DNA from: Patescibacteria group bacterium
GTDB lineage: Bacteria; Patescibacteriota; Patescibacteriia; UBA1558; GWA2-36-10
Assembly (NCBI GenBank): GCA_018819405.1
Contig: JAHJQF010000001.1
Location: forward strand, 98,097-162,096
Length of the DNA: 64,000 nt
Direction: 5' to 3'
The position numbers and the translations under genes were made by a program. The notes under the pieces are model-generated. The model was given only the letters and a program-made list of their open reading frames with translations, ran no database searches and was not told the DNA's origin. Below are positions 1 to 8,104 of this stretch, one piece after another. The number at the start of each line of letters is the position of its first letter. Position 1 is the first letter of the stretch.

Positions 1-762
1 AGCATCTGAAAAAACACGTGGCCATAGATAAATACCTATCATACCGACTACTATCATCCCAAAAAATTTAACTATCATGCCAAAAATTCCAGCTTTATCC
101 AAAAACCTATCCTTTTCTTTTACTATTTTATTAAAAGAAATATCACCTACTACAAAATCTTTATTTATATTTAATTTGCTCAAAGACTGATAATAAAGAT
201 TTCCTCCTACATTGGCTCCTTCACTCAGTTGCAAAGGATTGTTGGCTGGCGTACCAGAAAGATATACATCTACATCATTTATAACCTTGCCGCTGATAGA
301 AGCTTTTTCCATAGCACCTTCTAGTCTACCAATTTCTCCGACAATAGAAACCATCTGACCAAAAAATGTAACATGGCCCAATACTTTACCATTACTATCA
401 ACCCTAAAATTTTGTCCCAGAGCCATGGCATTGCCACTAACTTCACCCGACACATCTACTCTTTGTCCGACTGCTCTGATAGATCCATTTATCTTGCCTT
501 TTATGGATATATTGTTTCCAGCTACAAAAATATCACCATTTATATTTTCTGAATCAATAGTGATTGTGTCACCAGCTACAAAAATGTCACCATTTACAGT
601 ACCATAAATTTCTATGGAATTACCGGCAGCATAGTAGTTTGTGTTTATGACCTTATCTTTGGCCAGAGTGACTACTTCACCACTTTGCCCGGCAAAAGCT
701 AAGGCTGACAAAGGCAAAGCCAAAAGCAGTGAAAAAATGACTAATTTTACGTGTTTAAACAT
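1..762 (-). CDS. Secreted or membrane-anchored beta-helix repeat protein, bactofilin-like (polymer-forming cytoskeletal family). The C-terminus runs off the window edge.
   Basis: ATG at 760-762 on the minus strand. Manual translation begins MFKHVKLVIFSLLLALPLSALA, which reads as a signal peptide. Repeated G-x-I/V-x-V/I-x-G units (GDIFVAGDTITI, GDIFVAGNNISIKG, GSIRAVGQRVDVSG) are typical of bactofilin (DUF583) beta-helices. The ORF track misses it because the ORF is open at the window edge. Confidence 0.5.
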   Translation of the reverse strand, partial: MFKHVKLVIFSLLLALPLSALAFAGQSGEVVTLAKDKVINTNYYAAGNSIEIYGTVNGDIFVAGDTITIDSENINGDIFVAGNNISIKGKINGSIRAVGQRVDVSGEVSGNAMALGQNFRVDSNGKVLGHVTFFGQMVSIVGEIGRLEGAMEKASISGKVINDVDVYLSGTPANNPLQLSEGANVGGNLYYQSLSKLNINKDFVVGDISFNKIVKEKDRFLDKAGIFGMIVKFFGMIVVGMIGIYLWPRVFSDA

Positions 763-838
763 AGTTGTTTTATTACTAATTATGTCCCTACATTTTAGCA
801 AATAGCCCCTAAAAATACAATTTTTTAGTTTTTAAAAA

Positions 839-872
839 AGTCCTACACCGTCACGGTGTAGGACTGCCTTTT
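839..872 (-). terminator. Rho-independent terminator for the minus-strand methyltransferase gene
   Basis: AGTCCTACACCG-TCA-CGGTGTAGGACT, a 12-bp perfect stem. A T6 run follows on the minus strand. Confidence 0.75.
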
Positions 873-1545
873 ACTTTGTCTTCTGAACAAAAGCATTTAT
901 ATTATATTTGGTCTTATAGACTCCCTCTGGCTGAAGATCAAAATGAGTCACTTTTAAAAGATAAACCAACTCACCGGTAGTAAAACTGTGATAGTATCGC
1001 CACTGTATATTATTTTTATCAGAGCGCCAAGGAATAAAAAAATCATTCCAGGAATGCTTGGACCAAAATTTTTCTAAAGAATATTTGAGATATTTTTTTT
1101 GCCATAGATTCCAATTGGTCATAAAAAGATAGCCCCCCGGCTTGAGCCAACGATTTATTTTAAAAAGTAGCTCCAAGCGCTCTCTTCTACTAGGGATGTG
1201 ATGAAAAGAGGCTATCATAAAAATCATATCAAAAGTGCCGGGCTCAAAATTCAAATCCACCATATCAGCTACTATAAATCTAGTGTCGGGGTGTTGTTTT
1301 CTGGCTTCCGCAACCAAATTTTCGCTAAAATCAACCCCTAGATAATTAAATTTTATATTGGCTGGTTGTATAGATTTTAAAAGTCGTCCATTACCGCAAC
1401 CCAGGTCTAAAATCTTGAAGTTATCTTTTATATATGGTATAAAGACTTGTAACTCTTGCCAAGGATAAACTCTAGTATGATTAAAATCACGGGCTACTTC
1501 GTTATATACGTTTTTAAGATGACTTTTTACTTTTTCACTTTTCAT
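871..1545 (-). CDS. Class I SAM-dependent methyltransferase
   Basis: LDLGCGNG motif (SAM-binding motif I) and a Rossmann-like layout. The track ORF is open back to 1596. The proposed start MKSEKV at 1545 shares a CATG with the divergent elp3 start. Confidence 0.75.
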   Translation of the reverse strand: MKSEKVKSHLKNVYNEVARDFNHTRVYPWQELQVFIPYIKDNFKILDLGCGNGRLLKSIQPANIKFNYLGVDFSENLVAEARKQHPDTRFIVADMVDLNFEPGTFDMIFMIASFHHIPSRRERLELLFKINRWLKPGGYLFMTNWNLWQKKYLKYSLEKFWSKHSWNDFFIPWRSDKNNIQWRYYHSFTTGELVYLLKVTHFDLQPEGVYKTKYNINAFVQKTK

Positions 1546-3184
1546 GCCAAAAAATATAAATAAAATATTAAAAGACGTTGTGCTGGAATTAAACAAGAAA
1601 AACTATTCCCATAATCTTGATTTTGTCCGAGACCTGAGAACTGTTTTTTCCAAACACTCTATTGCCCCAGAAGCAAAATCTAAACTTATTGTAACATATA
1701 AAGATTTGATTAAAAAGGGTATTATAAAAGAAAATAAAAAACTTGAACAACTACTGACCAAGAGGGCTGTCCGCACACTATCTGGTGTATCAGTCATTAC
1801 CGTCCTTACCAGGCCATACCATTGCCCAGGCAGATGCATCTATTGCCCACTTGAGCCTGGTATGCCCAAAAGCTATTTGTCCAATGAACCAGCGGCTCAA
1901 CGTGCCAAACGTAATTTTTTTGATCCTATCAGACAGGTGAACATGAGAATCCAAGCTTTGCAAAACAACGGCCACCAAGTAGATAAAATTGAAATAATAG
2001 TCTTGGGAGAAACCTGGTCAGCTTATCCAAAAAAATATCAAACTTCATTTATCCGTGACCTTTTTTATGCGGCCAATGTTTTCCGTTCGGCAAGCTCAGG
2101 ACAGGTTAACAAAAAAAATAAAAGGAAAGCTCGCTCACTCAAAGCTGAACAAAAAATAAATGAAAAGGCTCGTTACAAAATAATCGGCCTGACACTGGAA
2201 ACCAGACCAGACCACATCACTACTCAAGAAATAAAAAGACTACGCATGCTCGGAGCTACTCGTATGCAAATTGGTGTCCAGCACACTGATAATAAAATAC
2301 TTGATCTCATACAACGCGACCATCCAATAGAGCAAAGCATAAAGGCTACTCGTATGCTCAAAGAGGCCGGCTTCAAGGTAGACCATCACTATATGCCCGA
2401 CTTACCTGGTTCTACTCCAGCCAAAGATCTGAAAATGTTTGAGTATGTCTATAACTCTCCTGACCTACAACCTGACCAAATCAAAATATATCCTTGTGTA
2501 GTAAATGAGTATGCCCCCCTATACCAATGGTACAAAAAAGGCAAATACAAACCTTACAGCCCAAAAGAATTACTTGATCTTCTTTTGAAAATAAAAAAAA
2601 TAACACCTCCTTGGATAAGAATTAATCGCCTAATAAGAGACATACCTGAAGAAAGTATTATTGCCGGCAACAAAATCACCAACCTGCGTCAATATCTACA
2701 GGCGGAACTAAAAAAGCGAGGTCAATCTTGTCAGTGTTTGCGTTGCCGTGAAGTACGCGGTGATACCAAAGATGTAGACAAAGCTGTTTTGGTAAAAAGA
2801 GAATTTGCCGCTTCCCAAGGACAAGAAATATTTTTGAGTTTTGAAAGTAAAGACCATAAAAAAGTCTATGCTTTCCTGCGTCTAAGGTTTAATAAAAATC
2901 CAGAAAAAAATATATTTGCCGAATTAAAAAATGCCAGTCTAGTCAGGGAGCTACATGTCTATGGACAAATGATACCAACTTATGATGAAAAATCTGACGA
3001 AGAAATATCTCAAACCCAACACCTGGGACTGGGCAAACGCTTGATGGCCGAAGCAGAAAAAATCACCCACTCCCACGGCCTCAATAAAGTAGCGGTCATA
3101 TCAGGAATAGGAGTAAGAAATTATTACCGCAAATTAGGCTATCGTCTGGAGGGCACCTATATGACCAAGACTTTGACAAAATAA
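1544..3184 (+). CDS. elp3: Elp3-like radical SAM enzyme with a C-terminal GNAT domain (tRNA carboxymethyluridine synthase homolog)
   Basis: CPGRCIYCP is a radical-SAM CX3CX2C cluster motif (close variant of the canonical CX3CX2C; Elp3 proteins carry this spacing). The segment VDKIEIIVLGETWSAYPKKYQTSFIRDLFYA and the C-terminal KVAVISGIGVRNYYRKLGYRLEGTYMTK match my memory of the Elp3 central and HAT regions. Length 546 aa. Confidence 0.8.
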   Translation: MPKNINKILKDVVLELNKKNYSHNLDFVRDLRTVFSKHSIAPEAKSKLIVTYKDLIKKGIIKENKKLEQLLTKRAVRTLSGVSVITVLTRPYHCPGRCIYCPLEPGMPKSYLSNEPAAQRAKRNFFDPIRQVNMRIQALQNNGHQVDKIEIIVLGETWSAYPKKYQTSFIRDLFYAANVFRSASSGQVNKKNKRKARSLKAEQKINEKARYKIIGLTLETRPDHITTQEIKRLRMLGATRMQIGVQHTDNKILDLIQRDHPIEQSIKATRMLKEAGFKVDHHYMPDLPGSTPAKDLKMFEYVYNSPDLQPDQIKIYPCVVNEYAPLYQWYKKGKYKPYSPKELLDLLLKIKKITPPWIRINRLIRDIPEESIIAGNKITNLRQYLQAELKKRGQSCQCLRCREVRGDTKDVDKAVLVKREFAASQGQEIFLSFESKDHKKVYAFLRLRFNKNPEKNIFAELKNASLVRELHVYGQMIPTYDEKSDEEISQTQHLGLGKRLMAEAEKITHSHGLNKVAVISGIGVRNYYRKLGYRLEGTYMTKTLTK

Positions 3185-3252
3185 ACTAAATATAATTAAA
3201 TACAATAAAAGATCTTTAAACAACTGTCTTTCTCACAACAAGGAGGCTAAAA

Positions 3253-3540
3253 TTGAACACTTCCAGACACTCTATCAGCCTGCACAGGTCTGATGGAAAA
3301 CTAGGGGTGGACTTTGACTCTCCTGAAACACTAGCCAAATTCTTGGCTATACTAATAGAGGAAGGAAAGCCCGAAAACAGCTACTTGATCCCGGTCTTAG
3401 AAAATAATGGTGTAGTACCCAGAGACAACCCAGACTTTCGAGCCTTGCTCGATAGATTAGGTGTCACCGACTACACTATTCCCAATGTTCTGCGCGCTCG
3501 CTTTTTAGAAAAACTCCCCAAACTAGAAAAGGAGTCATGA
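3253..3540 (+). CDS. Hypothetical protein, first gene of GC-rich island 1
   Basis: TTG start at 3253 with AAGGAGG 6 nt upstream. About 55% GC against a ~35% background. No recognisable domain. Confidence 0.5.
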   Translation: MNTSRHSISLHRSDGKLGVDFDSPETLAKFLAILIEEGKPENSYLIPVLENNGVVPRDNPDFRALLDRLGVTDYTIPNVLRARFLEKLPKLEKES

Positions 3541-3541
3541 C

Positions 3542-3991
3542 ATGGAATATGAACTCAACCTAGGTTGGTTCGAAAAACTCCCGCTTGACCAAAAGGACGG
3601 ACTGATCAAGAACATCGAGGTGCGTGCCTCCAGAGACCTGTTTTCGGACAGGGAAGTACGCCTGGCCGCTGATGTCTGCCTGCCCATCCTCCGGGCTATC
3701 CGCCAGGGTCATGGCATCACTGCTGAGAGTCTGGACCTGGTCCAGCTGGCTGAAAGCCGAGGATTTCGTCGCTCGGAGATTGAGCCTATCATCAGGAAAG
3801 CCTGGCATCTGTTTCAAACGCCAATTCCCACCAAGCGAGCCGCTCGCTACATCGGCAAATCGCCACGACAGGCCAGACGTTTAGTAGCTCGGATGGCTCG
3901 CCGTAACGATGATGTGATCAAGACCGCCAAAGGCTGGCTGGTTCCTCTGGCCGCTCTCGATTCCTACCTGACTGGCGAGTGGCGGCCATAA
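3542..3991 (+). CDS. Putative HTH DNA-binding protein (excisionase/AlpA-like C-terminus), GC-rich island 1
   Basis: Arg-rich C-terminal segment AARYIGKSPRQARRLVARMARR...GWLVPL looks like a helix-turn-helix. Its start overlaps the upstream gene's stop (ATGA coupling). Followed by the GC-rich hairpin at 4008-4051. Confidence 0.5.
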   Translation: MEYELNLGWFEKLPLDQKDGLIKNIEVRASRDLFSDREVRLAADVCLPILRAIRQGHGITAESLDLVQLAESRGFRRSEIEPIIRKAWHLFQTPIPTKRAARYIGKSPRQARRLVARMARRNDDVIKTAKGWLVPLAALDSYLTGEWRP

Positions 3992-4007
3992 GCAGCCACA
4001 AGCAAAT

Positions 4008-4051
4008 AGCCGGTCGCCTCGCTCTGCAAATGCAGAAGCGGGCGACCGGCT
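4008..4051 (+). terminator. GC-rich hairpin terminator of island 1
   Basis: AGCCGGTCGCC...GGCGACCGGCT is a perfect 11-bp stem with an inner CTGCAAATGCAG sub-hairpin, placed right after the stop. Confidence 0.5.
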
Positions 4052-4097
4052 CTATTAAACTTTATAAAAAAATATTGCCTATCGTTTATAATGTACT

Positions 4098-4208
4098 TTA
4101 CCCCGTTAAATAAACTCAAAGAATTTGAGTTTAATTTTAAGTGTTGCTTAAAATTATTTAACGGGGTAAACTAAACCCAGCACCTTTTTTAAAAAAGGTG
4201 CTGGGTGA
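4098..4208. repeat. CCCCGTTAAATAAA inverted-repeat pair, copy a, followed by a second hairpin
   Basis: TTTACCCCGTTAAATAA (4098-4114) and TTATTTAACGGGGTAAA (4154-4170) form a perfect 17-bp inverted repeat with a palindromic ACTCAAAGAATTTGAGT centre. Then CCCAGCACCTTTTTT/AAAAAAGGTGCTGGG (4175-4208). Confidence 0.75.
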
Positions 4209-4232
4209 ATAACGTAATTAATACCCAATAAA

Positions 4233-5495
4233 ATGACAAATATAGAAAAAAACGATCCACAAATTGCCAAAATACTTCAACAAGAATTGAGACGCCAAAG
4301 ACAGGGTGCTGAGATGATTGCCTCGGAAAATTTTGTCTCGCCTGCTGTACTAGAAGCCGCTGGTTCAGTCCTGACCAACAAATACTCTGAAGGTTATCCG
4401 AATAAAAGATACTATGGTGGCAATGAATTTATAGATCAATCTGAACAACTAGCCATTGATAGAGCCAAAAAATTATTTGGAGCCGAGCACGCCAATGTCC
4501 AGCCTCATGCTGGAAGTCCAGCCAATCTAGCAGCTTATTTTGCCTTGACTGATTTGGGTGATACTATTTTAGGATTTTCACTGGCTCACGGCGGACATTT
4601 GACCCATGGGCATCCGGTCAATTTTTCCGGCAAATTTTACAATTTTGTCCATTACGGAGTAGACAAAAAAACCGAGTTAATAGATTTTGACGAGGTTACT
4701 AAATTGGCCAGAGAACATAAACCAAAAATAATCTTGGCTGGAGCTTCAGCTTATTCTAGAAAAATTGATTTTGACAAATTCAAAAACATTGCTGATGAGG
4801 TTGGCGCCTACCTAATGGTAGACATGGCTCATATTGCCGGACTGGTAGCTGTTGGATTACATCCCGATCCAATTCCTTATGCCGATGTAGTGACTACCAC
4901 CACTCACAAAACATTGCGCGGTCCCAGAGGCGCGATGATACTTTCCAAAATTGAAGACCGACTGCACCCTGATGACAAAAAGAATCTGGCCCAAAAAATT
5001 GACTCGGCAGTTTTCCCTGGTATGCAAGGTGGACCCTTGGAACATATCATTGCTGCCAAAGCTGTGGCCTTCAAAGAAGCCTTAGAACCATCTTTTAAAG
5101 ACTACCAAAGTCAAATACTAAAAAATTGTAAAGTCCTAGAAAATAAATTCCGTGAAGCTGATATCCGCATGGTCTCAGGTGGCACTGACAATCATCTTTT
5201 GATGATTGATGTCACCACAGTCGGTCTCAGCGGCAAAGAAGCTGAAACACTTCTTGATAAAATCCATATTTTTACCAACAAAAATATGATACCTTACGAC
5301 CCGCGGACACCTTTTGATCCGTCAGGCATCAGACTAGGAACCGCTGCTCTTACTACCCGTGGATTAAAAGAAAAAGATATAGAGATAATCTCTGATATTA
5401 TTATTGACACTCTAAAATCTAAACAAGCCAGAGAGGAAAATAAAACAAAGGTCACGGAATTGATGAAAAAATTTGAGCTTTACCCAGAATTGTAA
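4233..5495 (+). CDS. glyA: Serine hydroxymethyltransferase
   Basis: Segments GGHLTHGH and [13 protein letters not shown] (PLP-lysine region). 420 aa. Confidence 0.95.
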   Translation: MTNIEKNDPQIAKILQQELRRQRQGAEMIASENFVSPAVLEAAGSVLTNKYSEGYPNKRYYGGNEFIDQSEQLAIDRAKKLFGAEHANVQPHAGSPANLAAYFALTDLGDTILGFSLAHGGHLTHGHPVNFSGKFYNFVHYGVDKKTELIDFDEVTKLAREHKPKIILAGASAYSRKIDFDKFKNIADEVGAYLMVDMAHIAGLVAVGLHPDPIPYADVVTTTTHKTLRGPRGAMILSKIEDRLHPDDKKNLAQKIDSAVFPGMQGGPLEHIIAAKAVAFKEALEPSFKDYQSQILKNCKVLENKFREADIRMVSGGTDNHLLMIDVTTVGLSGKEAETLLDKIHIFTNKNMIPYDPRTPFDPSGIRLGTAALTTRGLKEKDIEIISDIIIDTLKSKQAREENKTKVTELMKKFELYPEL

Positions 5496-5501
5496 ACCAA
5501 T

Positions 5502-5581
5502 TGTCATTACGAACGTAGTGAAGTAATCCAAACTTTTAGATTGCTTCGTCGTTCGCTACGCTCTCTCCTCGCAATGACAAA
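5502..5581 (+). repeat. ~80-bp hairpin-forming intergenic repeat, copy 1 (TTGTCATTACGA...TCGCAATGACAA)
   Basis: Homologous to the reverse complement of 8909-8992. Has terminal inverted repeats and an internal imperfect long stem. Ends 11 nt before the folD ATG. Confidence 0.7.
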
Positions 5582-5592
5582 TACGAAAAACT

Positions 5593-6426
5593 ATGGACAA
5601 AATAATTGACGGCCAAAAACTGGCAGAAAAAATTAGGCAGGAAATTAAACAAGAAATATGCGCCAAAAAATTGAAGCCCAGTTTGGCAGTGATTTTAGTT
5701 GGTTCTGATCCAGCTAGTCAGCTTTATGTATCCAAAAAGAAAAAAGCCTCGCAAGATGTTGGTATTGATTTTCATGAATACCTTTTGGAAGCTGACAGTA
5801 GCCAAGAAAAAGTCTTGGAAGTAATAGATTTTTTAAACAAAGACACTAGTGTAGATGCCATACTTGTCCAACTGCCCTTACCAAAACATTTGGATACCGA
5901 CACAATTATCAAAGCTATTGATCCCAAAAAAGATGTAGATGGTTTTCATCCAGACAATATCAAAGACTTTTTAAATGACAAGGCTTTAATCACGCCTGGA
6001 TTGCCCTTGGGAGTTTTGAGAATATTGGAGCACACTAATCAAAATCTAGAAAACAAAACAGCTGTCATAGTTTCCAAAAGTACTGTCTTTGCCGGGCCAA
6101 TGATAAAAATCTTGGAAGATAGAAAAATAAAAGTCCAACAAATAATGCCTGATGACAAAAACCTAGGTGCCAAAACCAGTCAGGCTGATATTCTGATAGT
6201 TTCTTGTGGCAAAGCTTTTTTTATAAAAGAAGATATGGTAAAAAATGATTCCATAGTCATAGATATCGGTACAAATAAAATCGACAACAATTATGTTGTC
6301 GGTGATGTCGATTATAGTGCGGTGTTTGATAAAGTAAAATTTATCACTCCGGTACCAGGTGGCGTCGGACCAATGACCGTGGCTATGCTACTTTATAATA
6401 CTGTCAAACTAGCTGAAGCTGGATAA
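5593..6426 (+). CDS. folD: Bifunctional methylenetetrahydrofolate dehydrogenase/cyclohydrolase
   Basis: N-terminus IIDGQKLAEKIRQEIKQEI and C-terminal PVPGGVGPMTVAMLL motif. 277 aa. Confidence 0.9.
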   Translation: MDKIIDGQKLAEKIRQEIKQEICAKKLKPSLAVILVGSDPASQLYVSKKKKASQDVGIDFHEYLLEADSSQEKVLEVIDFLNKDTSVDAILVQLPLPKHLDTDTIIKAIDPKKDVDGFHPDNIKDFLNDKALITPGLPLGVLRILEHTNQNLENKTAVIVSKSTVFAGPMIKILEDRKIKVQQIMPDDKNLGAKTSQADILIVSCGKAFFIKEDMVKNDSIVIDIGTNKIDNNYVVGDVDYSAVFDKVKFITPVPGGVGPMTVAMLLYNTVKLAEAG

Positions 6427-6489
6427 AAAAAGCCCCAACCAGTCTTTACTAAGACTGCTGGGGCTATAGAAGAAGCCTGATGACAAGTA

Positions 6490-7116
6490 TCACCGATGAC
6501 AAACAAACACTATTTGTCTGTCGCCAGCAAAAAACTCATCATTCTTGGAGCCAATATGCTTGCCCACAAGGAAATTGGTGGATGCAGCATCAGGGTGGAT
6601 GCAAAAAATGACCAGATCGCCACTAACTCTGAGTTTGACAGGTTCCATAGCCAAGTAAAGCCATTCGTTCCAATGTCCATAATGTTGCAAACGCAATTGG
6701 GGACCAAGCTCAAACGGACATAGACCGTAACCCAACTCCAGACCGCGTTGGCAGATGTCGGGGTAGCGCGCGCCATCCTTGAAGCCGAGTTCTGCCACAG
6801 TCGGAGCAACAACATTGACCTCCATGGGCTGATCAAGAATCTCAATGTCAGTCTGGTCCAACATAGCACCGCCTACACGATCAACCTTCATGCCTTTTTC
6901 AGCAAAGGCTTGATAGAAATCACGACTTGTCTTAAGACCCGTGCCGAGCTTTACTCGACACAATACTGGGGAAAACCCAAAGGCTTTGCGCAAAATAGCA
7001 CGGAGTTTTTCTGGTTTACTGACGTAGACCTCCATCTCTTGACTGGACATCGTGGGTAAGTTTTCCACGACCACAGCAACAAAAGTCAACACTAGGTTAA
7101 AAAGTGACTTCGGCAT
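6490..7116 (-). CDS. Hypothetical protein on a GC-rich segment (island 2)
   Basis: 208-aa ORF of about 50% GC inside a low-GC genome. I recognise no domain. Confidence 0.45.
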   Translation of the reverse strand: MPKSLFNLVLTFVAVVVENLPTMSSQEMEVYVSKPEKLRAILRKAFGFSPVLCRVKLGTGLKTSRDFYQAFAEKGMKVDRVGGAMLDQTDIEILDQPMEVNVVAPTVAELGFKDGARYPDICQRGLELGYGLCPFELGPQLRLQHYGHWNEWLYLAMEPVKLRVSGDLVIFCIHPDAASTNFLVGKHIGSKNDEFFAGDRQIVFVCHR

Positions 7117-7173
7117 GGCTGTTCTCCTTTATGAGGCTGGTGTTGGTTTAAGGGACACTAACTATCTAATATA

Positions 7174-7202
7174 TTGACAATTTATAAATTTGTCTATACT
7201 AT
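7174..7202 (+). promoter_or_regulatory. Sigma70-like promoter upstream of the TrmB-family regulator gene
   Basis: TTGACA at 7174-7179. TATACT or TACTAT follows after a 15-17 nt spacer, about 100 nt upstream of the ATG at 7300. Confidence 0.4.
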
Positions 7203-7299
7203 AAAACATAATTGTCATAAAAATACAAAAATTATATAATTTATCAAAATATTATCTAATATTAGTCAATAAAATATCTACATAAAATAATAATATTGT

Positions 7300-8055
7300 A
7301 TGAATATAGCTACAACTTTAAAAAATATTGGTTTTGATGATAATAAAGCCAGAGTATATCAGGCTTTATTATCCCTTGGTACTGCACCAGCTGGCGCCAT
7401 CGCCGCCAAATCTGGCATAGTAAGATCTACTGTCTATAAAATCTTGGAAGAGTTGATTAGTGATGGTTTAGCAGAAAATGTTGAGGGCAAGGTCAAAAAA
7501 TTTATTGCTCTACATCCAAGCGCCTTAATAAGAATGCTGGAAAATAAAAAAACAGCCACAGAAAATATTCTGCCAGAATTATTAGGAATATTTACCTCTC
7601 CAAAATTTAAACCTCGCCTGAAATTTTATGAGGGTCTAGATGGCAAGAAAAAAGTTTTTGCAGATATCTTAACTTTACAAAATGACATTGTCTATACTTT
7701 TTCCCCCATCCAAGAAATCCTAACTGTTTTTGGGAAAACCTACAGCAAACATTTTACAGAAAAAAGAGTAAAGAATAAAATTTGGCGCTATGCTTTGCGT
7801 TCAATTGAAACAACAGCCGACAAAACCAAAGAGTGGGAATTTTACGGCTCTGATGAAAAACTGATGCGACAAATCCGCTTTTTGCCGCCAAAAATAAAAT
7901 GCGATACTTTAATTCAAATATACGCTGATAAAATATCAGTCGTTGCCTCACATAATGAAAATTATGCTTTTATTATTGAGAGTAAAGAATTATCAGGCCT
8001 TATGAAACAATTATTTTTGTGGCTTTGGAATACAGCTGATAAACCATCACAATAA
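7300..8055 (+). CDS. TrmB-family winged-HTH transcriptional regulator
   Basis: N-terminal ARVYQALLSLGTAPAGAIAAKSGIVRSTVYKILEELISDGL matches the TrmB HTH pattern. 251 aa. Confidence 0.65.
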   Translation: MNIATTLKNIGFDDNKARVYQALLSLGTAPAGAIAAKSGIVRSTVYKILEELISDGLAENVEGKVKKFIALHPSALIRMLENKKTATENILPELLGIFTSPKFKPRLKFYEGLDGKKKVFADILTLQNDIVYTFSPIQEILTVFGKTYSKHFTEKRVKNKIWRYALRSIETTADKTKEWEFYGSDEKLMRQIRFLPPKIKCDTLIQIYADKISVVASHNENYAFIIESKELSGLMKQLFLWLWNTADKPSQ

Positions 8056-8104
8056 ACTCTTCTGCCAACCACTTATGAGTGCGACCGCCCTATTGGCGAT
8101 ATTT

